From Octopus sinensis (lineage: Eukaryota), in assembly GCF_006345805.1 (NCBI RefSeq), contig NC_043008.1, positions 12,586,001 to 12,650,000 of the forward strand: a DNA stretch of 64,000 nucleotides. The letters run 5' to 3'. A program made the translations under genes and the position numbers. The notes below the pieces were generated by a model. The model saw only the letters and a program-made list of their open reading frames with translations. It had not been told where the DNA came from and ran no database searches. Of this stretch, positions 27,096 through 42,586 are shown piece by piece; positions within the stretch are counted from its first letter, which is position 1; the number at the start of each line of letters is the position of its first letter.

Positions 27096-27649
27096 CATTA
27101 CGAATTACAGATTACAAATTAAATTTTCATACTTCAAAAAACAAACACAAAAAATTCAAGAAAAAAACTTACAATTAGTAAATAATTTATAAGTATTTAA
27201 TAAGTACTTAATTTATCGACCCCAAAAGGATGAAAAATAAAGTACCTATCTTATTAACCTGGGATGGGTACACAACAAATTTGAATCTGCAACATTCAAA
27301 GAATGTGTTGTAGAGGAATGGTACCAAATTTTGACAAGCTTTTAGTCTGACACTTGTAAGCGTTTCTACAAGTCAGGCACTTTATGATAAATCAATATTC
27401 TTTGCATTTCGAGTTACCAATATCTGATGCACTAATAATACTGAGGCTGCTGAGAGTTAACCGAAATGTCACAGCAGCAATGGACTGAAGTAGTCAGTGT
27501 TTCTACTCATTCTTTTATATTCTGGTTTCAAATACACTTATATTCTGATTGACTTAGCTTTTGATCCTAATCTGTTGATAAAATAATACCTTTGCAACTT
27601 ATTAGATTTATTTCAAAATATGGTCCTTTGATCACTTACCCTAAGTAGT

Positions 27650-28016
27650 AATGTATCATCGTCATCGTCATCATCATCGTTATTGCTATAAACCATCATC
27701 GTCATCATTATCATCATTATCATCATTATCCTCATTACCACCACCACCACTACATCATCATCATCGTCGTCATCATCATCTTCATCCTGCTCATCATCAT
27801 CATCACCAACATCATCATCATCATTGCCATCATCATCATCATCATCACCATCACTACTATCATCATGATCATGATCATCTTCATCATCAACATTACGACA
27901 ACCACCCCATCATCATTGTCATCGTTGTCCTCCTCCTCCTCATCATCATCATTATCATCATCATCATCACCAACATCCCCATCGCCATCACCATCACCAC
28001 CACCACCACCACCACC

Positions 28017-28050
<34 letters not shown>

Positions 28051-28065
28051 TCATTATCATCATCA
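27650..28065. repeat. (CAT)n/(CAC)n compound microsatellite
   Basis: Direct reading; source of the poly-His/Pro/Ser ORFs. Confidence 0.95.
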
Positions 28066-28392
28066 TCGTTTAATGTTCACCACTTTTCCATGTTTGCATG
28101 GGTTAGCTGGAATTTGTGGAGGCAGAATTTTCTACAAACAAATAAACCCACCACCACCACCACCGCCACCACCGCCACCGTCACCAACCCTCATCCGTTT
28201 CCAAGCAATGTCATATTTCCCATGGCCAAATGTGTTTTCATTGAAGATAGGGAACAAACAACATTGCATGTATGATGCTGATGCTCGTTTAAAACCTGTA
28301 TTTGTAAATATATATTTGGAAAAAAAAGACCCCAAAAAACCTCCTGTAACCCTTTAACCCCATGACAACAGTTTTTTATCAGAATTATGTTA

Positions 28393-28628
28393 AGGCGGTG
28401 AGCTGGCTGAAACGTTAGCATGCCGGGCGAAATGCGTAGCCGTATTTCGTCTGTCGTTACGTTGTGTGTTCAAATTCCGCCGAGGTCGACTTTGCCTTTC
28501 ATCCTTTCGGGGTCGATAAATTAAGTACCCATTACGCACTGGGGTCGATGTAATAGACTTAATACCTTTGTCTGTCCTTGTTTGTCCCCTCTGTGTTTAG
28601 CCCCTTGTGGGTAGTAAAGAAATAGGTA
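28393..28628 (+). mobile_element. Family B (Nin/Deu) SINE monomer, well preserved
   Basis: Head, Nin-like domain and AAAGAAATAGG tail; CpGs intact. Confidence 0.9.
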
Positions 28629-28827
28629 CATGTGTCTGTAGAGTGCTCAGCCACTTGCATGTTAATTTCATGAGCAGGCTGTTCCATTGATTGGAAACTG
28701 TAATTATAAACTGTAATTAATAAATATTTGGAAGCAAAGGATGTTTATGCAATATATATATATATATCTATGTTTATGCAAAATTTTTCCATATAATGAC
28801 GGTCTTTTTTTTCTTTCTTCTTTCCAG

Positions 28828-28970
28828 GAACTCCTGATTCAGATGGGAAGTCATCAAGTTCGAAAGGATCAGCCAGTGGAAGAGGTCACCTTGCCAAAGC
28901 ACAAACCATTCTATTGTGGACATGCATATTTCTGGCACTCACGAGCCACCATATTTTAAAAAATTTATGA
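28828..28970 (+). CDS. Last coding exon of a putative GPI-anchored cell-surface protein (exon 28828-28994)
   Basis: Strong acceptor TTTTTTTTCTTTCTTCTTTCCAG and donor GAAG|GTATGC. Phase-1 frame gives (G)TPDSDGKSSSSKGSASGRGHLAKAQTILLWTCIFLALTSHHILKNL*: small-residue region, polar spacer, hydrophobic tail. Upstream exons were not identified. Confidence 0.55.
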
Positions 28971-29828
28971 AAGTTCATTTCCCTGTATGTGAAGGTATGC
29001 CATCCTGTATACTTAAAAAAAAATCACTTGTTAAATTTGGAGATCCTCATTGATCGGCTGGAACTGTAAAGCATCAGAAGGTATCTTTTAAACATGTGCA
29101 TACACACACACACACACACACAACACACACCACAGGTGCGCATACATATATGCAAACATACAGATATATACACACAGACAGACAAATACATACGTTTATA
29201 AAAGAGCAATGAAATCTTAATTTTTGGATGGAAAGACACGAAAAGGTTTGACATTTTGAAGGATGCTAAGAGATAGCGTATTAAAGCATCAATGAGGTCT
29301 CTTAAAAATTTTGAAGATTCAGAGTTACATACAATATATATATATATACATATATTTTATAACATATATACATGCTATATATATCATTATATGTATGTTC
29401 CAAATATATATGATATACATTATATACATATATGATGTATATGTATACACAGATATGTATATTTCATATATATAGATATTTTAAATATATATATTTTATA
29501 TATATAATTTTATATATACATATATATATATATATATACATAATATATATATACACATATATATATATACATACATATATATATACATATATATATATAG
29601 ATATATATATATACATATGTATACATACATATAAATACATATATATAATATATACATTATATATATATACATTATATATATATATATACACATGCTTATG
29701 AAGGAAAACATTTCTATGAACTAACTCTATCACTGACCCCCTATGATGGTCAACATGATTTTGATGATAGAAATAACCTCGCCAAATTTTATGACTGAGA
29801 ACAGAAATCAATTTTTGCGCAATGTTTT

Positions 29829-29864
<36 letters not shown>

Positions 29865-30410
29865 GGCACATAGTCACACACACACACATGAACATACATG
29901 CACATACATGCATACACTCATTCAGATGTTTACAAGCTTGAAAACAAAAAATAAAAGGAAAAAAATTCCCTTGCATACACCTATATAACCACGTCCATAT
30001 TAAATTTGTTTTGTGCACTTGTACATATTGATAATTGCTATCTATATGTGCAACTGTATTCATCTCTCATTCTGGTACAATGGATTGTTGCAGATCGTGG
30101 AAGCGATACTTCAATAATTGGTGCATTATTCTAGCGAGAAAAAAAAAAATTAAACAAAACAAAACAAAACAAAAAAATTTTAAAAGACAGTAAAAAAATA
30201 ACCGAAAGAAAAAATATCACATGGAACTTAAAAAAAAGGAAAAAAAGATGTTTTTCACTTTAGCTATATTAGAGTATTATAAAAAATATAGGGAGTCGCG
30301 AGAGAAAGGAGTTGACTGTATTGAATAGAATATGAATGCAATTTTCTTTGTTTATTTTGGAAAAAAAATATTATACAAAACTTTTGTGTGATTTCCTTGA
30401 GTATTGCACG

Positions 30411-30447
<37 letters not shown>

Positions 30448-30700
30448 TTATGTATATATATATATATATTCATACATACACATGCAATGTTTACATTTTA
30501 CTAATATTTTGATACATGCATATATATATATATACATACTTGCGTGGATACATAACAGGATATTCATTCAAATTTTCAGAAAACTAACACACTTGAAGTC
30601 TGCATAATTATAAAGCTTATTGTGTATGAGTATATGTGTGCATATGCATGCATTAAACACTCACCTGTTTAGGCATGTATGTGAGGTGTGTGTGCATAAC

Positions 30701-30733
<33 letters not shown>

Positions 30734-31010
30734 GAGTACATACATGTAAGAATATATATAGATATATGTATGCATATACTGTGCATACAGTGTGTGAATA
30801 TATAGATATATATATTTATATATATATATATGTATGTATAAGTATATGTATATATATATAAGTGATATCTATAATAACTTTTTTTCTGAATTAACACTCC
30901 TTTATTTTTAATTAGTACCTTTCATATCTGTATAAATATACTTGTGTGTAATATACACCTAAAAAGTTATGTGTGCGAATGAGTGATTCTATATATGCAT
31001 GTATATATAC

Positions 31011-31076
<66 letters not shown>

Positions 31077-32560
31077 AAGATATATATGTGTGTATGTGTG
31101 CGTATACGTAAACATATGCATGTATATATACTTACATATGTATAATATATATATATATAATATATATAATATATGCAATTTACATGTGTACATATATACA
31201 TGTGTGTGCGTGTGCGTGCGTGTATACAGTTTCTATTATTATTTTAAAACAGAAAAGCTTTCTATTTTTGCTAATAAGTAATAAACTCAATTATGGAGGG
31301 GAATATCTTGAAGGGGTTTGGAGGATTAAAGCTCCTGATGATATTGTCATTGCTGTTGTTACTAATGAAGGCCACGACATCCTCGTGGTCATCCTAATCA
31401 TCCTCCTCACCGTCATCTTTAATATTATTATTATTATTATTATCAAACCTTTTTTAATTTTGAATATTGCCATCTCTCATTATTAACATCGCAGTCTTTG
31501 TACCCCCTTTCCATATATTTGTTTGGGTTACGAAAATATAAAATATAATACAAAAACTACAAAAAAAAAGACAGAAAAAAAAACAAGATTACACTGTTAA
31601 TGATTATAAAACAAAGGAGGGAGAGGAGAGGAAGGGAGAGTAGATAAGTGGAGATAGTAATAATGTTGATGGTGGTAAGATGTTGGCGGGGATGGTGAGG
31701 AATGGGAGAGAATTTGATTGATACCGTTTTTATATATTGTGACTAACGAGCCACAGGTATTTCATAATTTGTAATGAACTGAATCTAAAAGGAATTAAAA
31801 GCCAAAATTCCTTTATAGGTGACATTTGGGAAAGCAAAAGCAATGTTCTTTTGCTAAGAAAGCATTTAAACTTCGGTATGCATACCTTCACACAAGTATC
31901 TTTGAATAGGATATATCCATATATTTATTTACCGATTCCTTTGTGTTGCATCTATAAATTGAGACTATATTGGTCATTTTCCCCATAGATTAATAAAATA
32001 TCTATTTTTACAGAAATTTGATAACATTTGAGTTTTATCCCCATATATTCCAATACATGTTCCTCTACAAGAAACGTGTCTGACTTTTTCAATTTTTGCT
32101 GTTTGGATTTCTTAAGTTAGTAAATCTTTTAGAATAATTCTTATTTTCTTTTTTGGATTGCATCATTTAATTTTTGGATTTTGGTCACATCTCTTTTACA
32201 AAATGGATTTCAGTTGAAATATTGTGAGTTAACTAACTTTCAGATGCACAATTCCTGCTGCTGATTATTTGGTATTCTCCAGTAGCACAATAAAACCTTT
32301 TCACCTTCTTTTCCTTTTATAGACATATTTTTTCCTCTTTCGGTTTTTAGCACTTCATTGAAATTGTTTCTTTAGTTAAACCATTTCCTTTTGTTCTACC
32401 TGTTCTTCTGATTTGAGCTTGATCTTAAAATGAATTATTATCATCCCATATTTTTTAATTTTATTTGGAAAAAGTCTTTCATACCTGTTACAGAAAAGAT
32501 TTACTTCAATTTCAGTAAAATTCAACATAATATAGGCATACATGTCTTACATGTAATATG

Positions 32561-32596
<36 letters not shown>

Positions 32597-32631
32597 ATAA
32601 TAATATATATATATATATATAAATATATATG

Positions 32632-32667
<36 letters not shown>

Positions 32668-32793
32668 TATATGTATGTATGTATATATATATATATATAT
32701 AATAATATATATGTATGTATGTATATATATATATATATTATATATATATATATGTATATATATGTATGTATTATATATGTATGTATAATATAT

Positions 32794-32850
<57 letters not shown>

Positions 32851-33708
32851 GTCCCTGCTAATAATTGGTAAAATATGGAGTCATGTTTATACTATACAAA
32901 GAATAAAATCCAACCATGACTTCCTCTCAATGAAAGTCCAGATTTAGGCTACATAATGAGACATGTTAATAGTGTTGCTAATTTTCTCATTTAAAATGCA
33001 TCAAGTGAGAGACATTTGTGTCGAGTGTTTGTTGTAGTTTACAATAATACAATAGCTTGTTAGCAACTCTTGAATGAGGAAACTGTTTATGGAGATGTTA
33101 GCAATTGTCCACATTGCTTTTAGCAACAATTCACACAATTGTTTGTTTAGCAGGTTGCAACAATTGAGTGATGCAATTGTTTACATAGCTGTTAACGAAA
33201 GGGAAGTTAAACAACTGGGTTCTTTTTCATAACTGTTAGCAGCCACCGAGTAGACCTACCGTTTTCCATAGCTATTAAATGAATGGCACTTCTTGGAGTC
33301 TTTGCATATTGATGTGTTACTGCTATCGTTTTGCAATTAGCTATTTCGGTTAAGTTTTTCAAGCAGTTCACACCTGTTGCAGTGAATGGTTCTTTTAGAC
33401 ATTACCAAAAAATTATCTTACCATAATTTACTCTTTTAATACAAAGGTTTCATTTGATAATGCTGTTGCTATTGGCAACAGTTTAGCAATAATTAGTCTG
33501 TATTACAATCTTCTGTTACTGGCCCAGAGTACGGCGTAATAGGGTTTGCTTCCTGCAACTTGGCATTTTTAAGGTTTACAGATATCAATAATATGATATT
33601 ATTATTTGTATAATTTTTTATTCTTTTGGTCTTTTGGTTGTTTCTATAAAACTAACATATAGCTTTCATTTATATTCTGGTTATCAATAATAACAATGGT
33701 TTCTAATT

Positions 33709-33741
<33 letters not shown>

Positions 33742-34131
33742 TAATAATAATAATAATAATATAATGGTTTCTAATAACTACTAACACTTTGGTTGCTAAA
33801 AATATTTGCGGACATGGTATCCTTTAGACAATACAGAATTGTTTAAGATGGTCATTCTCTGTAAGAATGTAAGGTGAAGTGGTGTGAACGGCACTTGAAC
33901 CCTTTAGACTTATGGATTTATTTTTATATAGGGGTTTTATATATTTCGTTTCTTTAGAGTCACCTAGTAAAGTGCGTACCTGTGTACAACAGTGTATAAT
34001 GTACATGTGTGTGTGTTTGTGTGTGTGTATATGAATGTATGTGTACATACACACATATTCCTGTTGTCTTTTATTATTTAGCATTTTTCAAAATACCGTT
34101 TATTGCCTGCTGGCAAATACTGAATGCCTTA

Positions 34132-34650
34132 TACTAGGTTGAGAGAAAAGTTTGTGCGCCGTTTTAAAATAATGATTTTTTATGCAAGAATTTATTCAAA
34201 AACAACAACAACTATTCTTCAAGATAAAGACCATCATTTTCAATGACCTTCTGCCAACAGTCTGCAAGCATTTGGATTCGGTCAAAGTACCAATCCTTTG
34301 GCTTTGAATTGAAAACTTCTTGACAGGCTCCTTCAACTTCATCGAATGGCTCAAATCGGCAACCTTTTAAAAAGGGCTGCATTGATCAGAAGAGACCATA
34401 GCCAGATGAACCAACGTCTGGACTATAGGCTGGATGCAGCAGAACTTCCACACTGCCTAATTCTTCAATCTTGTTGCTGGTTTTACTGGCAGTATGTGGT
34501 TTGCATTGTGTTGTTGAAACAAAGCATATTTTCGATGAACAAGTCTTGGATACTTTCCAACCAGCGCATCATAGACTCAGTAAAGTTCAGCATTGATGGC
34601 ATGACCATTCAGCACAAATTCGGCGCACAAACTTTTTCCCCAATCTAATA
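34132..34650 (-). mobile_element. Internally deleted mariner (DD34D-type) element
   Basis: ~30-bp TIRs TACTAGGTTGAGAGAAAAGTTTGTGCGCCG / CGGCGCACAAACTTTTTCCCCAATCTAATA with TA ends; encodes QHNAxPHTA..HPAYSPDVGSSGY..CWQKVIENDGLYLEE* (stop 34212-34214) with a frameshift and stops. Confidence 0.92.
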
Positions 34651-35179
34651 CAATACAGCTCTCTGACTGAGTTTGTATGTTCTATGCATACAAGCCTTTA
34701 AGTTTATTAGCTCTGATGGCTCAGAGAACAATTTCTATTCAAGTAACAACTCACTAGTTGTATATTTTATTTTAGCTATTATCAATGTTATATGTCCATT
34801 TTGCTTTTTTTTATAGACTATCTTATGCAGGCAAAAATGGTTTTATGGACATAGTATGAAAACTATCAGTATAAACAGATATGCAAATAGCTGCACACAC
34901 TTTGTACAACAGTAATAAAATACATGGTTTGCACTCACAGACAGAAAGGCATATGTGATTTTTTTGTATATTTTGGGTTAGTAAACCAGGGCTCAAGAAC
35001 CATGGTTCTCAGTTTAATACACATTGTTATGTATATATGTGCATGTGTGTATAATGTGCACATATATATGCATGAGTGTGTGTTTGTAAGAAGAAGGGCA
35101 ACAGGAACTTCGAAGTCTTGACCTGCTAGCATTCATCAGGCAGTCGAAGTCACTATCACCCCATATCATGTAAAAGTAT

Positions 35180-35400
35180 ACCTTTTATCTTTTACTTGTT
35201 TCAGTCATTAGACTGTGGCCATGCTGGGGCACGGCACTGCCTTGAGGAATTTTTAGTGAATGAATCGACCCCAGAACTTATTTCTGTTTTTTTTTTAAAG
35301 CCTGGTACTTATTCTATAAGGTTATGGGGATGTAAACACACCAACACTGGTTATCAAGCAGTGGAGAGTAAGGAGGGCAAACACAGGCAGAAAGACACGC
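35180..35400 (-). mobile_element. Family A-related SINE tail
   Basis: TTCAGTCATTAGACTGTGGCCATGCTGGGGCAC..GGTACTTATTCTAT. Confidence 0.7.
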
Positions 35401-35543
35401 ATGAGTAATTCTTCAGTTTAATGTTAAATTTCCATTATAACTTAACATAAAAACAAACATTAACAGACGTCTGTGTATATATATATTTATATATATATAT
35501 ATATATACATATATATATGTACAAATATATATATATATGTATT

Positions 35544-35576
<33 letters not shown>

Positions 35577-36063
35577 CTGTATGTCTGTATATATATACAC
35601 ACATACACACACACATACATACACACACACACACACACATACACACATGTACATATATATGTGTGCATGTAGGTGTGCTTTTGTGAATATAATATAATAA
35701 ATGGAGGTAATATTTTCATGACATTTGATAGTTGAAATTACAAAATTTACCTAACCAGATAATCTTACTATTGACTGGTTCTATTTCTTCCTAGAACAAA
35801 CTCTAAAAGAGAATTGGAGGTACGTTTTCAAATAATACTCGGTCTTCCCTTAAAATTTCATACCATTAAGTTAGTAATATTCATTAAAGTATAGTTTCCT
35901 TGTAACCTGCAATTTTGGTGGAAGTAATTTCAGTTAACAAAAAATGATTGTTAGTATCTAAGTACAAGTAAAAATGTAAGCGCATGTGTGTGCATGTGTA
36001 TAGAAATGTACATGTGTACGTGAAAATATACTGGGTGGGTGTAGATATATATGAGGGTATATA

Positions 36064-36099
<36 letters not shown>

Positions 36100-36492
36100 C
36101 ACATATATATATATATACATATATATATATACATATATATATATACATATATATACATATATATGCATATGTATGTACATATATGTGTGTATACGTATAT
36201 ATATATGTGTAAATATGTGCATATGTTATGCCTATATATATATATATATAATGTGTGAGTGTGTGTGTGTATGTGTGCAGATATATAGATATATGTGTGC
36301 ATATATATATATAAATATATACATATATATGTTTTACATATGTGTGTGTCTATATTGGTTAAGTATCAATGCATTATGTTTGTGCATCTGCATATATATA
36401 TGTATATATATATGTATATATATACACATATATAATTATATATATATGTATATATAATGTATATATATACACATATATAATTATATATTTAG

Positions 36493-36535
<43 letters not shown>

Positions 36536-36945
36536 TATAAATATATATACAGATGCACATAAATGCTTTGACACACACCAATATTGAACACATTATTTCT
36601 TGATTGTGAAGTACTTTATGTGAGTCACTGGTTTATTGACAGGTAGTAAATTTATTAGATATCTTTCATGTTCAGTAGTCTTGAAGGCTTTATTGTTTTC
36701 ATGCTTCAGGAGTATTCTACCTATAACTAGTAGAATTACTATGGTTTCTTTGATGAATGGATGGGTTGGAGCTGAATGGGTGAATGTGATTGCCTGGGCA
36801 ACGCAATCGTTGGCTCTTAGCTAGCAAGCTGTTTATCTTCTCATCCAGTCGTTCACTTTTGGCCAATATAATATATATATATATATTATATATATATATA
36901 CACATACACATATATATACATAGATATACATACATAATACACAAC

Positions 36946-36988
<43 letters not shown>

Positions 36989-37677
36989 TATATAGTATAT
37001 ATATTACATGTGAAAAAACTTGCACTGTCAATATAAGTAACAACTTGAACCATCTAAATTTAGGAGTATATAAATGTATATATCTAAATATATCTGTATA
37101 TATATATATATATGCATGTCTATATACATATATGTTTATATATGTATCTATATATATGTGTGTGTGTATATATATATATATATATGCATGTATTTATACA
37201 TATTCACACATATACTTACATCAATATATATGAATATATATGTGTGTGTGTGTGCGTGCATGCATATGCGCACACAGTGCTGTGTAGAAATATGTTTATA
37301 TGGACATAGATGGGTTGGTTGTGTGGTTTAGTGTATTAAAATCTAGTTAACATTAAAACGTGTCCAGTATTTAATCTATGTGAAAGTAAAATGTAAAGCT
37401 AGACACATATGAAACAGCTACCATTACTATATGTTCATGAGAAAGAACCGTGTTCTGAAGAGCTAAAATTGCAGCACAGCATATAAACATTATATATGTA
37501 CATAGAAAATAAATTAATTATTCATATGTATAGCATACATATGGAACTCTTAGGGCATATATGTATGCATATATATATCTGTATCTATCTATCTACACAT
37601 ATATATATATATATGCTTACTACTTTGTTTTGAAGTCTATTTTTCAAATTACATTTACTGTAGTTGTCTCTGTGTGA

Positions 37678-37725
<48 letters not shown>

Positions 37726-37867
37726 CTCTATCTGTCTATCTCTGTATGAATGGTGCATTTTAGAAGAAAATAGTGCAGAAAGTGTTAAAGGCTTGGAAAA
37801 GGTATAAGTTTCTTTCTGTAGTACAATTCAACTATACACCATGTATACACATTATATATACATATAT

Positions 37868-37900
<33 letters not shown>

Positions 37901-37978
37901 GTTATGTATATATATAGATATATGGTGTATATATATTACATATATATATATATATATATACCACACACTAGATATATA

Positions 37979-38064
<86 letters not shown>

Positions 38065-38194
38065 CCATACATTTGTTGGTATAGATTATGATCACATGAA
38101 ATTTGAATGTTTATTCCTGTATGTATATATATATACTCAAATACATGCTTGACATGCATACATAAATACTTACTTACATATATACATATTTGTA

Positions 38195-38226
<32 letters not shown>

Positions 38227-39273
38227 CACACACTACACACACACGCACACACGTTTGTACATAACTAAATATGCATGTATTCATGTTCACAGTTGTGTTT
38301 CTTTGTTGAAAAAAAGTATGAAATGAGAATTTTGTGTAATATTAATTAATTGCAATCATTAGATGGAAACGGAATTAATGAAGGAACGACTGCAGTGAGA
38401 ACACGAAGACATCCAAAAGTGTATTGATGATAGCTGTAATAGACCATGAAACATCAAGGATTTTCATGAATAGCATCAGCAGGAATGAACATTTAGCTCT
38501 AATCAAAAAATATCAAAATACAAACAGATTTTTTTCAAAAAAAATTCTCTGTATGTAAATGACAGCAGTTTCACATTTTAGACACTCCTGGTTAACTAAG
38601 TGACTGTGGTTATAATTATAAATATATTACAAAAAAAAAATATATATTTTTTTTCTATCATCAAATTATGAATGAATGGGAAAGAAGAAAACATTTAATA
38701 ACATTTTACAGAAAGACAGAAAGAAAAAAAAATGAAGATAATTTTATTCATTAATGTTTTTCTTCCTTCAAACTGGAAAAGAGTAAAAAAAAAAAAAAAT
38801 CTATAAATTTCTTAGAATGTGAAAAGAGAAATTTAAAAAAAATGAATGTTTTGAAAATAAAAAAAATAGAAATTTCAAAAATTTGTAAAATGAATTACTA
38901 AAAAAAAAAAAAAAAGAAACAAAAAACAAAGCTCAATTAATCAAAATACTGTCCGTGCCTTCAGCAAAGTTTTGATGTTTTCAAATAATAATAATAATAA
39001 TATTAATTATTAAAACAATAATTATAATAATAATGATAATAAAGATAACAGAATTGCACTACAAATGATAGTCAGACTTACATAAAAATAACATTCGTTT
39101 ACAGGAAATACAGAAAACAGCATATATACACACATCTACACATAGATTTAGAAATAAACATAGAACATTGTAGAGAACTTATGTATATATTTATAATATA
39201 TATGTGCATGTGTGTGTGTTCATACACACATATATCAATATATATATACATATATATACACACACACACACAC

Positions 39274-39311
<38 letters not shown>

Positions 39312-39543
39312 ACACTTTTGCAAACCTACACTCACACACATATATATGTAAATATGTATATATATATATATCTATATATATATGTATGTATGTAAATATG
39401 TATATATATACATACATATAAACACACATACATATATATATGTATATATGTGTGTGTATCTATATATGTAAATATGTATATATATGCATACATATATATA
39501 ACAACACATACATATATGTACTATATGTGTGTATGTATATATG

Positions 39544-39606
<63 letters not shown>

Positions 39607-40509
39607 CAGTCAAACATATGATTTTCACTTCAATTTAAGTCGTACAACATACTAAACTATAGACACAAAGTACAATCTACATAAATGCAAGCACACAGTT
39701 TCTTCTCTGTCTCTGTCTCTCTCACATGCACATACACACACATATAATATGTAGAAACTAAGTATTATAATTATTGCCACCAAAATCAGCCATACTAATG
39801 AAATTGTGAATATATAATAATCATAAAAATAATGAAAAGAACAATCAAAAATAAAACAAAAAATGACACATGAACACTGATTAAAATAGTTTTTCTTATA
39901 ATTTTATAGAATCATTATGTGTAGAAACAATGGTTTAGAAGTCTTTAAGGGAAAAGAAGAACAAATGAAATTATGTTAATAACTTTCAATACAATATGGA
40001 TTGATTAAAATATAATATTTGTAAGGCCCTCCTTCCAGTTACCTGGAAATTCATAAGATGTCCACACACCTCACTTCAAAATGTGCTTCAACTTGAACCA
40101 CTGACAGAGGAAACAATGAAAGTTTAGAAACAATAATTTAACATCAAACATTTATTCCAATAATAGAATGGAATTTATTGCAAAGAATTAAAACTCACAT
40201 GTAATTTGGCAAAAAACTTGCATTTTAAAAAAAAAAATTAATTTATTTCGTGTTTATTTTTTCCTTTGATAACCAGCTTTTCATTTATATATACTCATTT
40301 TATCAAGCATACATACATACATGCATATATAAAAATACACTTTCATTATTATGTTATTTCATTTATTATAGCAGTCATTACAATAATAATGATTATTATT
40401 ATTATTTTTAATATTATTGTTAGTTCCTCTCTCATCAGTTTTTTTAACCGATACTTTATATTTATATTCCCCCATAGCTCATGACTTTTACTCAAACTCT
40501 TTATGTGGT

Positions 40510-40567
<58 letters not shown>

Positions 40568-40613
40568 GTATGTATGTGTGTATGTATATATATATAGACT
40601 AATACATTTATAT

Positions 40614-40666
<53 letters not shown>

Positions 40667-40667
40667 C

Positions 40668-40706
<39 letters not shown>

Positions 40707-40999
40707 TATATACATACACACACAAACTTAGTTTTTGCTCAGTATAACATAGCCAACCCCAGTTATATATCATTACAATGTACTTCCTTTGTACTTATTC
40801 TAATTATTATTATTAATATTATTATTATTACTATTATTATAAAGCTATGTTTAATTTGATACCTATTCTAGTAAATATCTCGATATCAGGAAATATACAG
40901 TGTCTCCTAGGTATTAGACACAATTTCTTATGATTTACATCAGATATGCATAATAATTAGCTTACATGATTTATTATTACTATTATCATTATTATTTTA

Positions 41000-41069
<70 letters not shown>

Positions 41070-42555
41070 TACTACTATTATTATTATTTGCCCTAATCAT
41101 TAAAAGAAAGTGTTGTTCTTTTTTTGAAATTTCTCTTCAGTTAACTGACTTCAATTGATACTGCGTTCTTTTATTATTTTTAATACTACTATTTTACGTT
41201 ACTTAAAAATTGTCAGAAAAAAAAGAAGAAAAAAAAACATTTGTAAAAAAAAAACACAAACAAACAAAAAATCCACTTGTTCTCAATTGAAAACATAAAA
41301 CATAAAAGCCTATAATTTGTGTCAATTTTCGTTCAATTAACTATTACGAACTCCGATATAAATAAACAATATTATTATTAAAATAACTGGAGATTCCATT
41401 CTTGTTTTTTTTTTAACCATTCTGTTATTTTTTTTAACCTCTACTCTTTTTCAAAGTTAGTGGAACTTGATACCAATTCCACGTTCATTTGGAAAGAGGT
41501 TTGCATTTAATGTTATCTGTTTTTTATTATTATTTTTTTTTTATTAATTTTTTTTTTCAATTTCCCCTTTATTTTCTTATTTTCACCCTTTCATTGTTGT
41601 CGGGGTGTAAAAATAAAAAAAACAAAAAAAGCCCAAATTATTGAATCAGCAGGTTTTACAAGGAATATATTTCTATTAGAACATAACCAACCTTCACACA
41701 GCTAATTTGGATTATGAAATTTAGATCTGTACTTGGTCCACTAGAGTGCAAACCGGTCGACACCCAAACACAGAGCTAAACAAAAATACAACGGACAAAC
41801 ACATACATTCATAAATGCAAACGCAGATCTTATATATTTGCATTTATCACTTTGCAAATGTCCATGGGCATTTTGTTGGCTCACAACTCACCATACATAC
41901 ACATATATATATATATATATGTGTATGTGTGCGTGTGTGTGTGTTTGTGTGGGCATACATACATATAAATATATATATGTATATATGAATATTCATGTAT
42001 GTGTGTGTGTGTGTGTGTATGTATACATATATATAAGTTTTCTTGAAACAGTCACAATATTTGAAAAATGATTTTTGTAGAAAGAAATCTTAAGAGAATG
42101 ACACCAACTTTTCTTTTGTAAAGGTTCATATCATTTTTTTCCGATTTTTTTCAATTTTTTTGATATAATTAATAAAATTCATTTTAAGAAAATCTTTGTT
42201 CAAATATATATATATATATTTATATTTATACACGCACACACATATATGTGTATATATATATATATATGTATACATACTATATATATATGTGTATAAATAT
42301 GTGTGTGTGTATATATATATATATATATGAATGAATGTAAATACACATATACCTGTGTGTATTGTGCATTATGTTCCATAGGTGTGTATGCGAGTGTGTA
42401 TGAATCTGCATGAATATATATATATATACATATCTATATATGCATATAATGGCATCTTCCGTGTTGGCATAGCCCTTCGCCTGGGTCCGGATGTGTACCG
42501 AATGTATGTATATGGATGTTCATGTGTGTATATATATATATATAACATATATATA

Positions 42556-42586
<31 letters not shown>

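Noticed and set aside
27240-27400. Tc1-like C-terminus (KECVVEEWYQI)
   Set aside because: Single short motif, could be chance.
31900-32500. Possible highly decayed PLE coding remnant (WFN/NPFCK-like words)
   Set aside because: Too many stops and frameshifts to support by eye; needs a profile search.
36717-36870. Open frame LAKSERLDEKINSLLAKSQRLRCPG..
   Set aside because: Runs directly out of a (TA)n tract without a credible acceptor or start.
40042-40099. Minus-strand exon with strong splice sites (TGTCAG|..|GTAACT)
   Set aside because: Stops in all three frames for the full exon; a shorter version is possible but unsupported.
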